Source of the DNA: an archaeon
GTDB lineage: Archaea; Thermoproteota; Thermoprotei_A; Marsarchaeales; Marsarchaeaceae
Reading direction: 5' to 3'
Assembly (NCBI GenBank): GCA_021817005.1
Contig: JAKAWJ010000005.1
Coordinates: 30,352 to 62,351, forward strand
DNA: 32,000 nucleotides
Below, in pieces: positions 18,033 to 27,019 of this stretch. The translations under genes and the position numbers were made by a program. The notes under the pieces are model-generated. The model made no database searches and was not told where the DNA came from. It saw only the letters and a program-made list of their open reading frames with translations. Each line of letters begins with the position of its first letter. The stretch's first letter is position 1.

Positions 18033-18770
18033 CTAGGCGGCACGGCCAGTTGCGTGTTTTGCCACATCAAGCTTCAGTAGCTGTATGGCGAGCGCGGGGT
18101 CTACGCCTTTCGGGCAGACCCGTGAACACGAACCGGCGAATTCGCACCCCCAGACTCCTTCGAGACGGTCCAAGAGTTCCAGCCGTACATCGGAGCCCTG
18201 ATCTCTCGAGTCCAAATTATATCTGAGCGCTTGGGAAAGCGCCTGCGGCCCTACGAAAGCAGGGTTCGTGTTTGCCACAGGGCAAGCGTCAACGCAAAGT
18301 CCGCACTTTATGCAGTTAGCAAACGGCAGGTATTGATCTTGCTCAGAACGGGTTTGCGGAAACTCTTTAGCACTACTGAACTTCTCTTCAACGTCCGTTC
18401 TGACAAGCCATGGATTTACGCTGGAGTGGTTTTCAAAGAATTCGTCGAAGTCGCACACCAAGTCTCTCAAAAGAGGATGGCCCTCCATTGGGCCGACACT
18501 AATTTCTGCGCTTCCGAGCGAATACACGTTTGTTTCGCACGCCAATCTTGGCCTTCCGTTTACTACCATTCCGCAGGAACCACATACCCCCATTCTGCAA
18601 CTGTAGCGCACTGCGAGCGTAGGGTCCAGCGACTCTTTGATATGGAGCAGTGCGGAAAGCACGGTCTCAAATCTGTCAAGTCTGAGTTCGTAGCTCTTGG
18701 AAATCATTGTTCTGCCTTCTGCCGAAAATCGCTGCAGCTTGAACCTGAAGTTTCTGGTTGATTCACTCAC
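18033..18770 (-). CDS. sdhB: succinate dehydrogenase / fumarate reductase iron-sulfur subunit
   Basis: 2Fe-2S motif CRMGVCGSCGMVVNGRPRLAC, 4Fe-4S motif CIKCGLCVDACP and 3Fe-4S motif CEFAGSCSRVCP. GTG start overlaps the upstream small ORF by 8 nt. Confidence 0.9.
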   Translation of the reverse strand: MSESTRNFRFKLQRFSAEGRTMISKSYELRLDRFETVLSALLHIKESLDPTLAVRYSCRMGVCGSCGMVVNGRPRLACETNVYSLGSAEISVGPMEGHPLLRDLVCDFDEFFENHSSVNPWLVRTDVEEKFSSAKEFPQTRSEQDQYLPFANCIKCGLCVDACPVANTNPAFVGPQALSQALRYNLDSRDQGSDVRLELLDRLEGVWGCEFAGSCSRVCPKGVDPALAIQLLKLDVAKHATGRAA

Positions 18771-18960
18771 GATTTCTCACCCTTCTTGACCCATGAATGT
18801 AGGCGTCACGGAGACCTACCGCACCGAATGCGATGGAACCGATCGCAATCAAAAACAAAAGCACGTCTCTAGCGCTCGCTGGCGGATGGAAGGGGGAAAT
18901 TATGCTGAGAATCCAGAGTAGTAAAGGTACGCCAAGCATGCCGGCGTAACTTGCAGCCAT
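18763..18960 (-). CDS. small membrane protein (about 65 aa, 2 TM), putative SDH membrane anchor subunit
   Basis: ATG 18960 lies inside track ORF 18763..19020 and 14 nt after the upstream ORF stop. Two hydrophobic helices with His in SPFHPP and YIHGS. It sits between sdhA and sdhB. Confidence 0.5.
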   Translation of the reverse strand: MAASYAGMLGVPLLLWILSIISPFHPPASARDVLLFLIAIGSIAFGAVGLRDAYIHGSRRVRNRE

Positions 18961-18974
18961 GATGTAGGTACCCT

Positions 18975-19391
18975 TCACTGCGGCCACCACACCAACGCGA
19001 TCACGAATCCTAGCGCCCATCCGACGATTAGAATGTATGGCAAAAACGAGTACAGACCTGCCCTTCTTCCGTACCTGTTCCTCATAAGGGCCAAATGAGC
19101 CTCATTAAGGTGGCTAAATACCAAGCCTTTGGTCTGGATAAGAGAAAAGGCGACGAAGCTTTCATACAGTTGGGGGAAGAATAACACCCATACGAGCAAC
19201 GTGAGTCCCTTTACCACCGGCGCGAGCGCTGGATGCACCAGATAACCAAGGAGAACTATGCCGTAGATAATTGAAACCGGAATAAGCAACCTGTAGAAAA
19301 GCATATGTGTGAATGCTCTTCTATCGAATGACAAGAGTCGAGCCAGCCTTGCCTGGGAGCCCCGCAGGTCGAGCGTTTTCTTTTCTGTCAT
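18975..19391 (-). CDS. membrane protein (138 aa, 3 TM), putative SDH membrane anchor subunit
   Basis: ATG 19391 is preceded by AAGGTG and starts 13 nt after the sdhA stop. Three hydrophobic helices. The assignment rests on operon position and topology only. Confidence 0.55.
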   Translation of the reverse strand: MTEKKTLDLRGSQARLARLLSFDRRAFTHMLFYRLLIPVSIIYGIVLLGYLVHPALAPVVKGLTLLVWVLFFPQLYESFVAFSLIQTKGLVFSHLNEAHLALMRNRYGRRAGLYSFLPYILIVGWALGFVIALVWWPQ

Positions 19392-19404
19392 ATGGTATGC
19401 ACCT

Positions 19405-21156
19405 TTAGTACTTCCTTTCGGTGGGTTGCCATTTGGTAACCACTACTGGGGTATAAGATAGTCTGGGCGCTTCCTGAGTCCTGTAGGCTATGGTGTGTTT
19501 CAGGAAGTTCACGTCGTCCCTCTTCGGATACTCTGCCATCGCATGCGCACCGCGCGTTTCTTTCCTCGCAATCGCGCAGGTCACTATGACTTCAGATAGC
19601 TCTATCATGTTTCCCAGCTCAAGAACATCTCTCAGGTTGGTGTTGAATATTTTGCCCTTGTCATCCACTCTGACGTTGGCATATTTTTTCTTTATGTCGG
19701 TAATTCTCTCCAATGCCTTTGAAAGACCATCCACCGTTCTGTAAACATAGACAAGCGAATCCATGGTCTCCCACATCAGCCTTCTGAGTTCATAGGGGTT
19801 TTCACCAGAATTATTGCTCATCAGCTTGTCCACGCCTTTGCTTTCCTCTGAGGCCCAGGCCTCAAGCTCGGTCCTATCTACAGCTTTTGACCCCATTGAC
19901 AGAGCACGCTTTGCTGCGTCTTCGCCGGTTATCCTTCCCCAAACAGCACACTGGCTGAGTGAATTACTGCCCAGCCTGTTTGCACCGTGGACGCTAACGC
20001 AACCGCATTCTCCTGCGGCCCAGAGCCCTTCAATCCGGCTCTCCGAGTCGTCAGCCATCACCCTTCCATTCAGATCGGTGTGAATGCCTCCCATAGTGAA
20101 ATGCGCGGCTGGCCGGACAGGTATGGGTTCCTTGGCGGGGTCCAGTGAATTCATTTTTATGGATATTTCTCTTATCATGGGCAACCTTTCGTTGAGTTTG
20201 TCCTCGCCAAGATGCCTAAGGTCCAGAAATACGTGGCGAAGTCCGGAGGCTCCGTGCAGCACCCCGTGACCTTGTTCAATTTCGGTTATGATAGCCCTGG
20301 ATACGATATCTCTCGGAGCGAGCTCCATCTTGCTTTTGGCATATTTTTCCATAAATCTGTAGCCCTCCGAGTTCACGAGATATCCTCCTTCACCTCGCGC
20401 CGCTTCAGTAATCAATATGCCGCTCGGTACGATGGCCGTCGGGTGAAACTGAACGAACTCCATGTCCTTTAACGGGATGCCCGCTTTGTACGCCAAGGCG
20501 ATACCGTCCCCCGTGCTGGAATATGCCGTCGTGGTGAAGCCGTATACCCTTGCGCAGCCTCCGGTTGCGATGATTCCTGATTTGGCGCTAAAGAGTTTGA
20601 AGTCACCAGTGGCCAAGTCAATTGCAAGCATTCCGCCGAATATTCCGTTCTTTATGGAAATTGCTGTGACGAAGTGTTCATGAAATACATCTATAGCTGA
20701 CTTGAACGACACCAGATTGTCATAGAGCGCGGACATCATGTAAAACCCTGTTTTGTCCGCGGCAAACGCCGTCCTAGGCACGCTCATACCTCCGAAGGGC
20801 CTGAGGACAATTTTTCCAGCATCGTCCCTGTTCCAGGGTACACCAAGGTGATCAAAAAACCTGATTTCGTTTACCGCTTCGTTAACAAGCAGCTCAGCCG
20901 CTGGCTGGTCATCTAGGTAGTCAGAGCCTTTCACAGTATCGAGCTCGTGCAGCTCGATGCTGTCTCCGTTTTCGCCTGGATAAAGAACCCCCGATATCCC
21001 GCCTTCGGCCGAAACTGAATGGCTGCGCATCGCGTGCAGCTTCGAAATCAAAGCAATTCTGAGACGACCTTGAGATACTCTGGCAGCCTGCAGAGCGGCT
21101 CGCATCCCCGCGATTCCACTGCCCAGTATTACAACGTCGTATTCGAGGACGTCCAT
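19405..21156 (-). CDS. sdhA: succinate dehydrogenase / fumarate reductase flavoprotein subunit
   Basis: FAD-binding YDVVILGSGIAGMRAA and covalent-FAD histidine context MRSHSVSAEGG, plus HPT, GECGCVSVHGANRLGSNSL and RKETRGAH. ATG 21156 is preferred (TTG 21165 in the track). Confidence 0.92.
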   Translation of the reverse strand: MDVLEYDVVILGSGIAGMRAALQAARVSQGRLRIALISKLHAMRSHSVSAEGGISGVLYPGENGDSIELHELDTVKGSDYLDDQPAAELLVNEAVNEIRFFDHLGVPWNRDDAGKIVLRPFGGMSVPRTAFAADKTGFYMMSALYDNLVSFKSAIDVFHEHFVTAISIKNGIFGGMLAIDLATGDFKLFSAKSGIIATGGCARVYGFTTTAYSSTGDGIALAYKAGIPLKDMEFVQFHPTAIVPSGILITEAARGEGGYLVNSEGYRFMEKYAKSKMELAPRDIVSRAIITEIEQGHGVLHGASGLRHVFLDLRHLGEDKLNERLPMIREISIKMNSLDPAKEPIPVRPAAHFTMGGIHTDLNGRVMADDSESRIEGLWAAGECGCVSVHGANRLGSNSLSQCAVWGRITGEDAAKRALSMGSKAVDRTELEAWASEESKGVDKLMSNNSGENPYELRRLMWETMDSLVYVYRTVDGLSKALERITDIKKKYANVRVDDKGKIFNTNLRDVLELGNMIELSEVIVTCAIARKETRGAHAMAEYPKRDDVNFLKHTIAYRTQEAPRLSYTPVVVTKWQPTERKY

Positions 21157-21298
21157 AGCTGCCAAAACTTGCGCAGCCCGCGATGGGTATAGGTCTTTCT
21201 GAATCGTGATTTTATTGCTAAAGAGCGGGAAGACCGGTGTGTTTTTGCCGTAGTAGGGCGGCGTTCATGCCCTGATAGTTCAATCATTTTTCAAGCAC

Positions 21299-22714
21299 GT
21301 GTGCAGCGAGAGAAAGACTATATGTGCCTCTGCCTCGGCTTTAAGCACCAATTCGAAATTGCTGGTATCACCGGAAGAGCTGGCTCGTGCGGACCCTAGG
21401 ATTGAGGGTTTGCGCAAACATGCTATAGAAGCGCTTGAAGCAGGGATCAACTCTGTTCAGCCGAGCGAGCTGTTCAGGAAAAAGGTCACACTGCAGGGAG
21501 AAGTTCTTCAGGCTGGTGGTGTCAGCCGGAGACTTGGGGACTTCAGGCGCATTTACGTCCTCGGTGCAGGTAAGGCTGCGTTGGCTATGACGCGTGAACT
21601 TGTCTCAATTCTTGGTGACCGGGTTGCCGGTGGAGAGGTAATCACAAACGTGCCCCAGATATCACATATCGGCCCCGTAAGAATTTCCCCAGGGGCTCAT
21701 CCTGTGCCGAACAGCCTCAGCTTCGCGGGTTCAAGAAGACTAGTTGATTTAGCCAGTTCTGGGAAAGAAGAGGACCTGTTCGTTGTACTGATTTCTGGCG
21801 GGGCTTCCGCGATGTTCGAACTTCCCCAGCCTCCGCTGACAGACGATGAATGCGCAACGGTTTATCAGGAGCTCCTTACATCCGGCGCCAATATAGTCGA
21901 GACCAATTCGGTCAGGAAGCATCTCTCCATGGTAAAGGGAGGAAAGCTTCAGGCCGCCATACATCCCTCGTCGAGCCTGACGCTAGCGATATCAGATGTG
22001 CTCGACGACTTACCAGACGTGATCGCTTCTGGTCCGACAGTTCCTGACGAGTCAAGCTTCAGAGACGCTTTAGAGGTTGTACACAGGTTTTCACTGCAAG
22101 AGCACCTCCCACAGGCAGCGCTCAATATCCTGCGGAAAGGAGCGCAGGGTCTGATTGAAGAGACTCCGAAAAAGGGCGATCCCTGTTTTCGGAGTTCGGA
22201 TTTTGTCCTCCTTGGTTCGTCATACGATGCCTGTATCGCAGCCCATCGATTTCTTGAGGGCCAAGGCTACAGGTCTGTGATGCTCACAGATCGAGTGAGG
22301 GGTGAAGCGAGAGAAGTTGGAAAGGTGCTCTCCGGTCTCGCTCGAACTCCGGCAGATCGTAGAGCTTTCGATGCACTGGTTTTAGGAGGAGAGACTACGG
22401 TCACCGTAAAAGGCAAAGGGGTTGGAGGCAGAAATCAGGAGCTTTGCCTGTCTGCTTCTCTGGAACTTCAGGGTGCGCGACCTTGCGTCGTGGCCAGTAT
22501 CGGAACAGATGGCATCGATGGGCAGACTGACGCAGCTGGCGCGATAGTTGACCCGTTTACGCTCTCGCGCGCTAGGGACAAAGGGCTCGACCCCCTGAAA
22601 CTCTTGAATAATAATGATTCCGGGACTTTCTTCAAGAAACTGGGGGAAAGGGTCGTGACTGGTCCAACAGGAACGAATGTCTCAGATTTGATTCTCGTGA
22701 TGATGTCTCGCTAA
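21299..22714 (+). CDS. glycerate 2-kinase / hydroxypyruvate reductase-like protein (DUF4147 + MOFRL)
   Basis: GAGKAALAM, ISGGASAM, LGGETTVTVKGKGVGGRNQEL, IGTDGIDGQTDAAGA and TGPTGTNVSDL. The start is uncertain (GTG 21299 or TTG 21359). Confidence 0.8.
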   Translation: MCSERKTICASASALSTNSKLLVSPEELARADPRIEGLRKHAIEALEAGINSVQPSELFRKKVTLQGEVLQAGGVSRRLGDFRRIYVLGAGKAALAMTRELVSILGDRVAGGEVITNVPQISHIGPVRISPGAHPVPNSLSFAGSRRLVDLASSGKEEDLFVVLISGGASAMFELPQPPLTDDECATVYQELLTSGANIVETNSVRKHLSMVKGGKLQAAIHPSSSLTLAISDVLDDLPDVIASGPTVPDESSFRDALEVVHRFSLQEHLPQAALNILRKGAQGLIEETPKKGDPCFRSSDFVLLGSSYDACIAAHRFLEGQGYRSVMLTDRVRGEAREVGKVLSGLARTPADRRAFDALVLGGETTVTVKGKGVGGRNQELCLSASLELQGARPCVVASIGTDGIDGQTDAAGAIVDPFTLSRARDKGLDPLKLLNNNDSGTFFKKLGERVVTGPTGTNVSDLILVMMSR

Positions 22715-23017
22715 CAAAATCGTGCGCGAGTTTAGCATTTGCAAAGCTCACGAGGCTGGTAATCTTTCGAGCGGCTGTTATGGCGAGCGTTAGGTAGGTT
22801 GAGTTTGCTTTACCCATGTAGGGCGTCAATATGGCCGAAGGACGGCCAATTTTCGCACACGTACTGCTTTGGTCGATACCATACTCTCTGCATGAAATTC
22901 GACCAGCAATGAGTCGAACGCCTGCCGAGTGCAGTTACTGGGCGCATATCGCCTGGGGCCCGGCCTGGATTTCCAAGTTTGGAAGTGTAAATAAGGAGGC
23001 TCGAGACCGCTTTATAT

Positions 23018-23806
23018 ATGGTAGAAGTGAACGCAGCCCAGAATGAAGTCCTGACTGAACGCATGGATAGTGTGGTTATCTTGACTATGAACCGGCCGTC
23101 TGTGAGGAACGCGCTCAATCCTCCTCTGATGCGCGCGCTATCTCGCGAGCTGAGCGCAGCTGCGGTTTCCGAAGATGTGCGCGCAGCCGTGATAACCGGT
23201 GGCACGAATTTTTTTTCGGCGGGTGCGGACATTAGCGCTATGAGTTCGCTTACCACGTCCAGCGCAATTCTAACTGACATGAGTTCACTCTGGGACGAGG
23301 TTGGACGCTTTCCCAAGCCACTGATTGCGGCTGTGTCGGGTTATGCCTATGGTGGCGGATTGGAACTGGCGATGGCATGCGATATGATTGTAAGCTCAGA
23401 AGATGCCAAGTTTGGACAGCCTGAAATAAATTTGGGTATTATTCCTGGGGCAGGTGGAACGCAGCGCCTCCCCCGTCTGGTGGGAAAGAACATTGCACTT
23501 GAGATGATACTCACTGGAAAGCCAATTGGGGCGTCACAAGCTCTCGCTGCGGGGCTGATTAACCGGATTGTGCCTCGCGAGCTAGTGCTCGAAGAGGCGG
23601 TATCACTCGCACGCGAAATAGCTTCAAAAGCACCGATCGCGGTGAAACTGGCGAAAGAAGCAGTCAATACCGGACTCAACCTGGATCTGGCTTCCGGCTT
23701 GCTTCTTGAACATCGCCTGTTTTATATGCTGTTTGGAACTTCTGATCAGAAGGAAGGAATGCGGGCATTTCTCGAAAAGCGCTCACCCGCGTTCAGGGGT
23801 GAATGA
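23018..23806 (+). CDS. enoyl-CoA hydratase/isomerase (crotonase) family protein 1
   Basis: ILTMNRPSVRNALN, FSAGADI, AAVSGYAYGGGLELAMACD, GIIPGAGGTQRLPRLVG and EGMRAFLEKRSPAF. Confidence 0.9.
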   Translation: MVEVNAAQNEVLTERMDSVVILTMNRPSVRNALNPPLMRALSRELSAAAVSEDVRAAVITGGTNFFSAGADISAMSSLTTSSAILTDMSSLWDEVGRFPKPLIAAVSGYAYGGGLELAMACDMIVSSEDAKFGQPEINLGIIPGAGGTQRLPRLVGKNIALEMILTGKPIGASQALAAGLINRIVPRELVLEEAVSLAREIASKAPIAVKLAKEAVNTGLNLDLASGLLLEHRLFYMLFGTSDQKEGMRAFLEKRSPAFRGE

Positions 23807-23807
23807 G

Positions 23808-24605
23808 ATGTCAGAGTTTGAGTTCTTGCTGTACAGTGTAGTGGACAAGGTGGCCCATATTACACTCAACAGGCCGGACGTCCTTAACGCCATAAATGAC
23901 AAGATGGGTAATGAGCTTCAGCAGGCGGTTGCTGAGGCTGAAAGAGATGGAGGAGTTCGCTGCTTACTGATCACAGGTAGCGGGAGAGGGTTCTGCGCGG
24001 GCGAAGATCTGGGCGACCTTAAACGTTCGCACGGAGGAAATGGCAAATCCGATCTCGGAAAAGCCCTGAGGGTCAAGTATAATCCACTGATTCTGAGGTT
24101 GGCCAAGATGGAAAAGCCCGTTGTTGCTGCGGTTAACGGGCCCGCCGCTGGAGCTGGCTTCAGTCTCGCACTCGCGTGCGACATCCGCTTCGCTTCAGAG
24201 AAGGCCATCTTTATACAAGCCTTCTCGAAGGTTGGTCTGTCTCCTGACTCAGGTAGTAGCTACTTCCTTCCGCGTTCAATCGGCTATGCCAGGGCTGCGG
24301 AGTTGATGTTTACAGCTTCCTCCATTGACGCATACTCAGCCGAACGACTTGGGATTGTAAACAGGGTAGTCAGACACGAAGAACTTCAAAAGTCGAGCGA
24401 AGCCTTTGCGAGTCAGCTTGCGCAGGGCCCAGGAAAATCATATTCATTGATCAAGCGCGCACTCTCGTACGGCATGAGTCACAGTCTGGAAGAGTCACTA
24501 GAATATGAAGCCTTTCTGCAGACCGTTTCTTCTCGCACCAAAGATCATGCGGAGGGATTGGCGGCTTTTCTTGAGAAAAGACAACCGAAGTTTGTGTCCG
24601 AGTGA
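23808..24605 (+). CDS. enoyl-CoA hydratase/isomerase (crotonase) family protein 2
   Basis: ATG 23808 lies 1 nt after the stop of crotonase 1. HITLNRPDVLNAIN, FCAGEDL, AAVNGPAAGAGFSLALACD and EGLAAFLEKRQPKF. The track start at 23706 lies inside the upstream gene. Confidence 0.9.
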   Translation: MSEFEFLLYSVVDKVAHITLNRPDVLNAINDKMGNELQQAVAEAERDGGVRCLLITGSGRGFCAGEDLGDLKRSHGGNGKSDLGKALRVKYNPLILRLAKMEKPVVAAVNGPAAGAGFSLALACDIRFASEKAIFIQAFSKVGLSPDSGSSYFLPRSIGYARAAELMFTASSIDAYSAERLGIVNRVVRHEELQKSSEAFASQLAQGPGKSYSLIKRALSYGMSHSLEESLEYEAFLQTVSSRTKDHAEGLAAFLEKRQPKFVSE

Positions 24606-24712
24606 GAGAGCGGCAGACAGATGGCTCAGCTTCAGCGTCCCAGCAGCGTTTTGACCAGCAGAGCGTGTGCCGGGTTGCGAGCTCCTGCCGAGTGTTCTTA
24701 GTTTCTACAAAC

Positions 24713-24720
24713 GATTAAAT
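24713..24720 (+). promoter_or_regulatory. TATA-like box for the small-protein/ABC1-kinase pair
   Basis: GATTAAAT is centred about 28 nt upstream of ATG 24745, with no ribosome-binding site in between. This is leaderless geometry. Confidence 0.35.
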
Positions 24721-24744
24721 TCCCCAGCACAGAGTAGCGCGATA

Positions 24745-25077
24745 ATGTCAGGTTGCGACCTAGACCCGCTGTTTGAAACTGGAGAGAAGCGCGTGGTTCT
24801 GCCACTCGGGGCACTGGTTGACCTGCCTCCATGTTTCGAGTCAACTCCATTGGGCAATCCAAAGGGGTCTCTCAGTCAGTTGAGGTGTTTTCACGGGTAT
24901 CATATGCGGATATATTCTGACAGGATAGAAATTCATAAGGACCGCGTGGACCCCAGAGTCAACCCCATGGGTCACATCGCGCTGGACACTGCGCTCCTTC
25001 AGAAAGGCGCGGGTTTAGGGGCACTTTTTGTCGTGTGTGGGATCGTCCGGTGTAAACGATGGCTGGATTCCCGCTGA
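24745..25077 (+). CDS. small tail-anchored protein (about 110 aa), unknown function
   Basis: ATG 24745 lies about 28 nt downstream of GATTAAAT (24713-24720). His-rich segment CFHGYHMRIYSDRIEIHKDRVDPRVNPMGHI, then one C-terminal hydrophobic helix GAGLGALFVVCGIV. The 3' end overlaps the ABC1 kinase start by 19 nt. Confidence 0.5.
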   Translation: MSGCDLDPLFETGEKRVVLPLGALVDLPPCFESTPLGNPKGSLSQLRCFHGYHMRIYSDRIEIHKDRVDPRVNPMGHIALDTALLQKGAGLGALFVVCGIVRCKRWLDSR

Positions 25078-26597
25078 GAAGATTCTTGGTTGTCAGCTAC
25101 AAGCTGGGACCTACCCTACTAAGTTTCGCAATTTTCCGAAAGCGTCACAGGGGGCAGGAAATAACAGCTTCTCAGAGCCGGAAGCTCAGCCGCCAGGCCA
25201 GGACTCTCTACGATGGGCTCGTGTCTCTCGGCCCAGCATTCATCAAGCTCGGGCAGATACTCTCGGTGCGCCCTGACATACTTCCTCCGGAATATATTCG
25301 CGAACTGGAGAAGCTCCAAGATGATGTGCCCGCCGCAGATTTCTCCGAGGTCCGTAGGATCATTGAGGAGGACCTCGGCCCCATAGGGAAGGTTTTTGAA
25401 AGGTTTGAAGAGACTCCGATAGCTTCGGCTTCGCTTGGGCAGGTTTACCTCGCGAGACTCAGGGGCATGGACGTAGCAGTAAAGGTGAATCGCCCGAAAG
25501 TGAGGGAGCTGGTAGAACAGGATGCCAGAATACTTAATGTGCTAATCAAACCACTGGGGCTCTTCGTTGACTCAAACATAGAGTATACCTTCAGGGCCGT
25601 GATAAGAGAGTACCTGAGACACGTCAAAGAAGAAATAGACTATCTACATGAGCTGCGAAACATGGAAAAGATTCGCTCGGTCGTTGACTCCTCAAAAGTG
25701 GTGGTGCCGGTTCCCGTCAAGGAAGTAAGCACGAACCGTGTGCTCGTAATGTCTTACAATCCTGGAGTAAAAATCGGCGACCTGCGCGAAATTGACAGGC
25801 TGGGCCTGGATCGGCCCAAACTTTCGAGGAGGCTATCCCGTACTTTCCTAACGATGCTTTTGGAGGAAGAGATATTTCATGCTGACCCCCATCCCGGAAA
25901 TATAGCAGTTGCAAGTGACGGCAAGCTGATACTCTACGACTACGGGATGACAGGCTCCCTTGACGAAGTTACCAGAAAAAACCTCGTTAGGATGTACGCT
26001 GCCTTCTCAATGAGAGACCCCGCGGCGATAGCAGACGCACTGCTCGATCTGGGTGCGCTCGACCCTGAGGCGGACCGCGACGTGGTGGAGCAAGGGTTTG
26101 AATTAATGTTGCGAGAGTTGAAGGGTGAAACCGTATCAGAATGGGAGTTTCAAAGGCTAATGGAGCTCTCTAATTCAGTATTCTACCGCTTTCCGTTCAA
26201 GTTGCCGGACGAATTAGTTCTCTATTTGAGAATGGCCACTTTGCTGGAGGGTGTGTGTACCAAACTTGACCCGGAATATAGTTTCCTGAAGTCGGTTACT
26301 TCCATCCTTGAAGAAAAGGGGTATGTAGACCAGGTGAGGAAGGATGCTTTGCGAACGTTTGTCTCCCAGACTCTAAACAACCTGATTGCATTCAACAGGT
26401 CGTTCCCCCGAATACTGAAACACTTGGAAGGGCCCAGGGATTCGCGTAAAGCTGGCAACCTATCTCGTTATTTGACGTTATCCGCCGTAGTGGTAATTGG
26501 CGCTACAGGATATCTTTTCTACGAGAAGAGCAGTTTTGCCTTTGCCGGTCTCTTGCTCACGATTCTTATAGTGCTGGCTCAGACTCTCTCAAAGTGA
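25059..26597 (+). CDS. ABC1/UbiB-family atypical protein kinase
   Basis: LGPAFIKLGQILSVRPDILPPEYIRELEKLQDDVP, ASASLGQVYLARL..VAVKVNRP and FHADPHPGNI. C-terminal hydrophobic helices. Confidence 0.9.
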   Translation: MAGFPLRRFLVVSYKLGPTLLSFAIFRKRHRGQEITASQSRKLSRQARTLYDGLVSLGPAFIKLGQILSVRPDILPPEYIRELEKLQDDVPAADFSEVRRIIEEDLGPIGKVFERFEETPIASASLGQVYLARLRGMDVAVKVNRPKVRELVEQDARILNVLIKPLGLFVDSNIEYTFRAVIREYLRHVKEEIDYLHELRNMEKIRSVVDSSKVVVPVPVKEVSTNRVLVMSYNPGVKIGDLREIDRLGLDRPKLSRRLSRTFLTMLLEEEIFHADPHPGNIAVASDGKLILYDYGMTGSLDEVTRKNLVRMYAAFSMRDPAAIADALLDLGALDPEADRDVVEQGFELMLRELKGETVSEWEFQRLMELSNSVFYRFPFKLPDELVLYLRMATLLEGVCTKLDPEYSFLKSVTSILEEKGYVDQVRKDALRTFVSQTLNNLIAFNRSFPRILKHLEGPRDSRKAGNLSRYLTLSAVVVIGATGYLFYEKSSFAFAGLLLTILIVLAQTLSK

Positions 26598-26603
26598 CTT
26601 GGA

Positions 26604-26990
26604 TTACTCGATTTTCACACGCTTCGCGCCTTTTGATGGCATCTTCACCGTGAGCACGCCGTTTTCATACTTTGCCGTGGGTTCGACTTCCTCATCCACC
26701 TCGAGCGGCAGTCTCACTACTCTCCGAATCTTGAGTGGCCTTTGCTGCAGGTGAACCGAGTCCACGTCGCTTGGTGGTTCTCGCTTTGCGCTTATGAGCA
26801 GAGTGTGTCCCGAGGCGCGAACTGTTATGTCCTCCTTCTGGAATCCAGCGAGGTCGGCTTCTACAACCAGTGAGCTTCCTATTTCATATATGTCAACCGC
26901 CGGAATCAGCAGCTCGTAGAACGCTCGTGAACGCTCTCCCACTTCTCGAGCTATAGCCGGAGCTAGGCCCTTAGTCCACCATGTACTCAT
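26604..26990 (-). CDS. small heat-shock protein, Hsp20/alpha-crystallin family
   Basis: 128 aa. Alpha-crystallin domain VDIYEIGSSLVVEADLAGFQKEDITV ... YENGVLTVKMPSK. TATA-like TAAACTTTTTA about 30 nt upstream. Confidence 0.9.
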   Translation of the reverse strand: MSTWWTKGLAPAIAREVGERSRAFYELLIPAVDIYEIGSSLVVEADLAGFQKEDITVRASGHTLLISAKREPPSDVDSVHLQQRPLKIRRVVRLPLEVDEEVEPTAKYENGVLTVKMPSKGAKRVKIE

Positions 26991-27019
26991 TTTTCCCAGT
27001 AGGAATCGGGCTCCTGCTG

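Noticed and set aside
22810-23316. 168-aa minus-strand ORF, and similar long antisense ORFs (for example 18231..18761 +, 1439..1912 -, 8622..9014 -, 10258..10632 -, 11246..11611 -, 17141..17524 -, 27402..27773 -, 23347..23679 -).
   Set aside because: Each lies opposite a gene with strong family motifs. Their translations are Ser/Arg/Ala-rich low-information sequences typical of shadow frames. No independent start context is visible.
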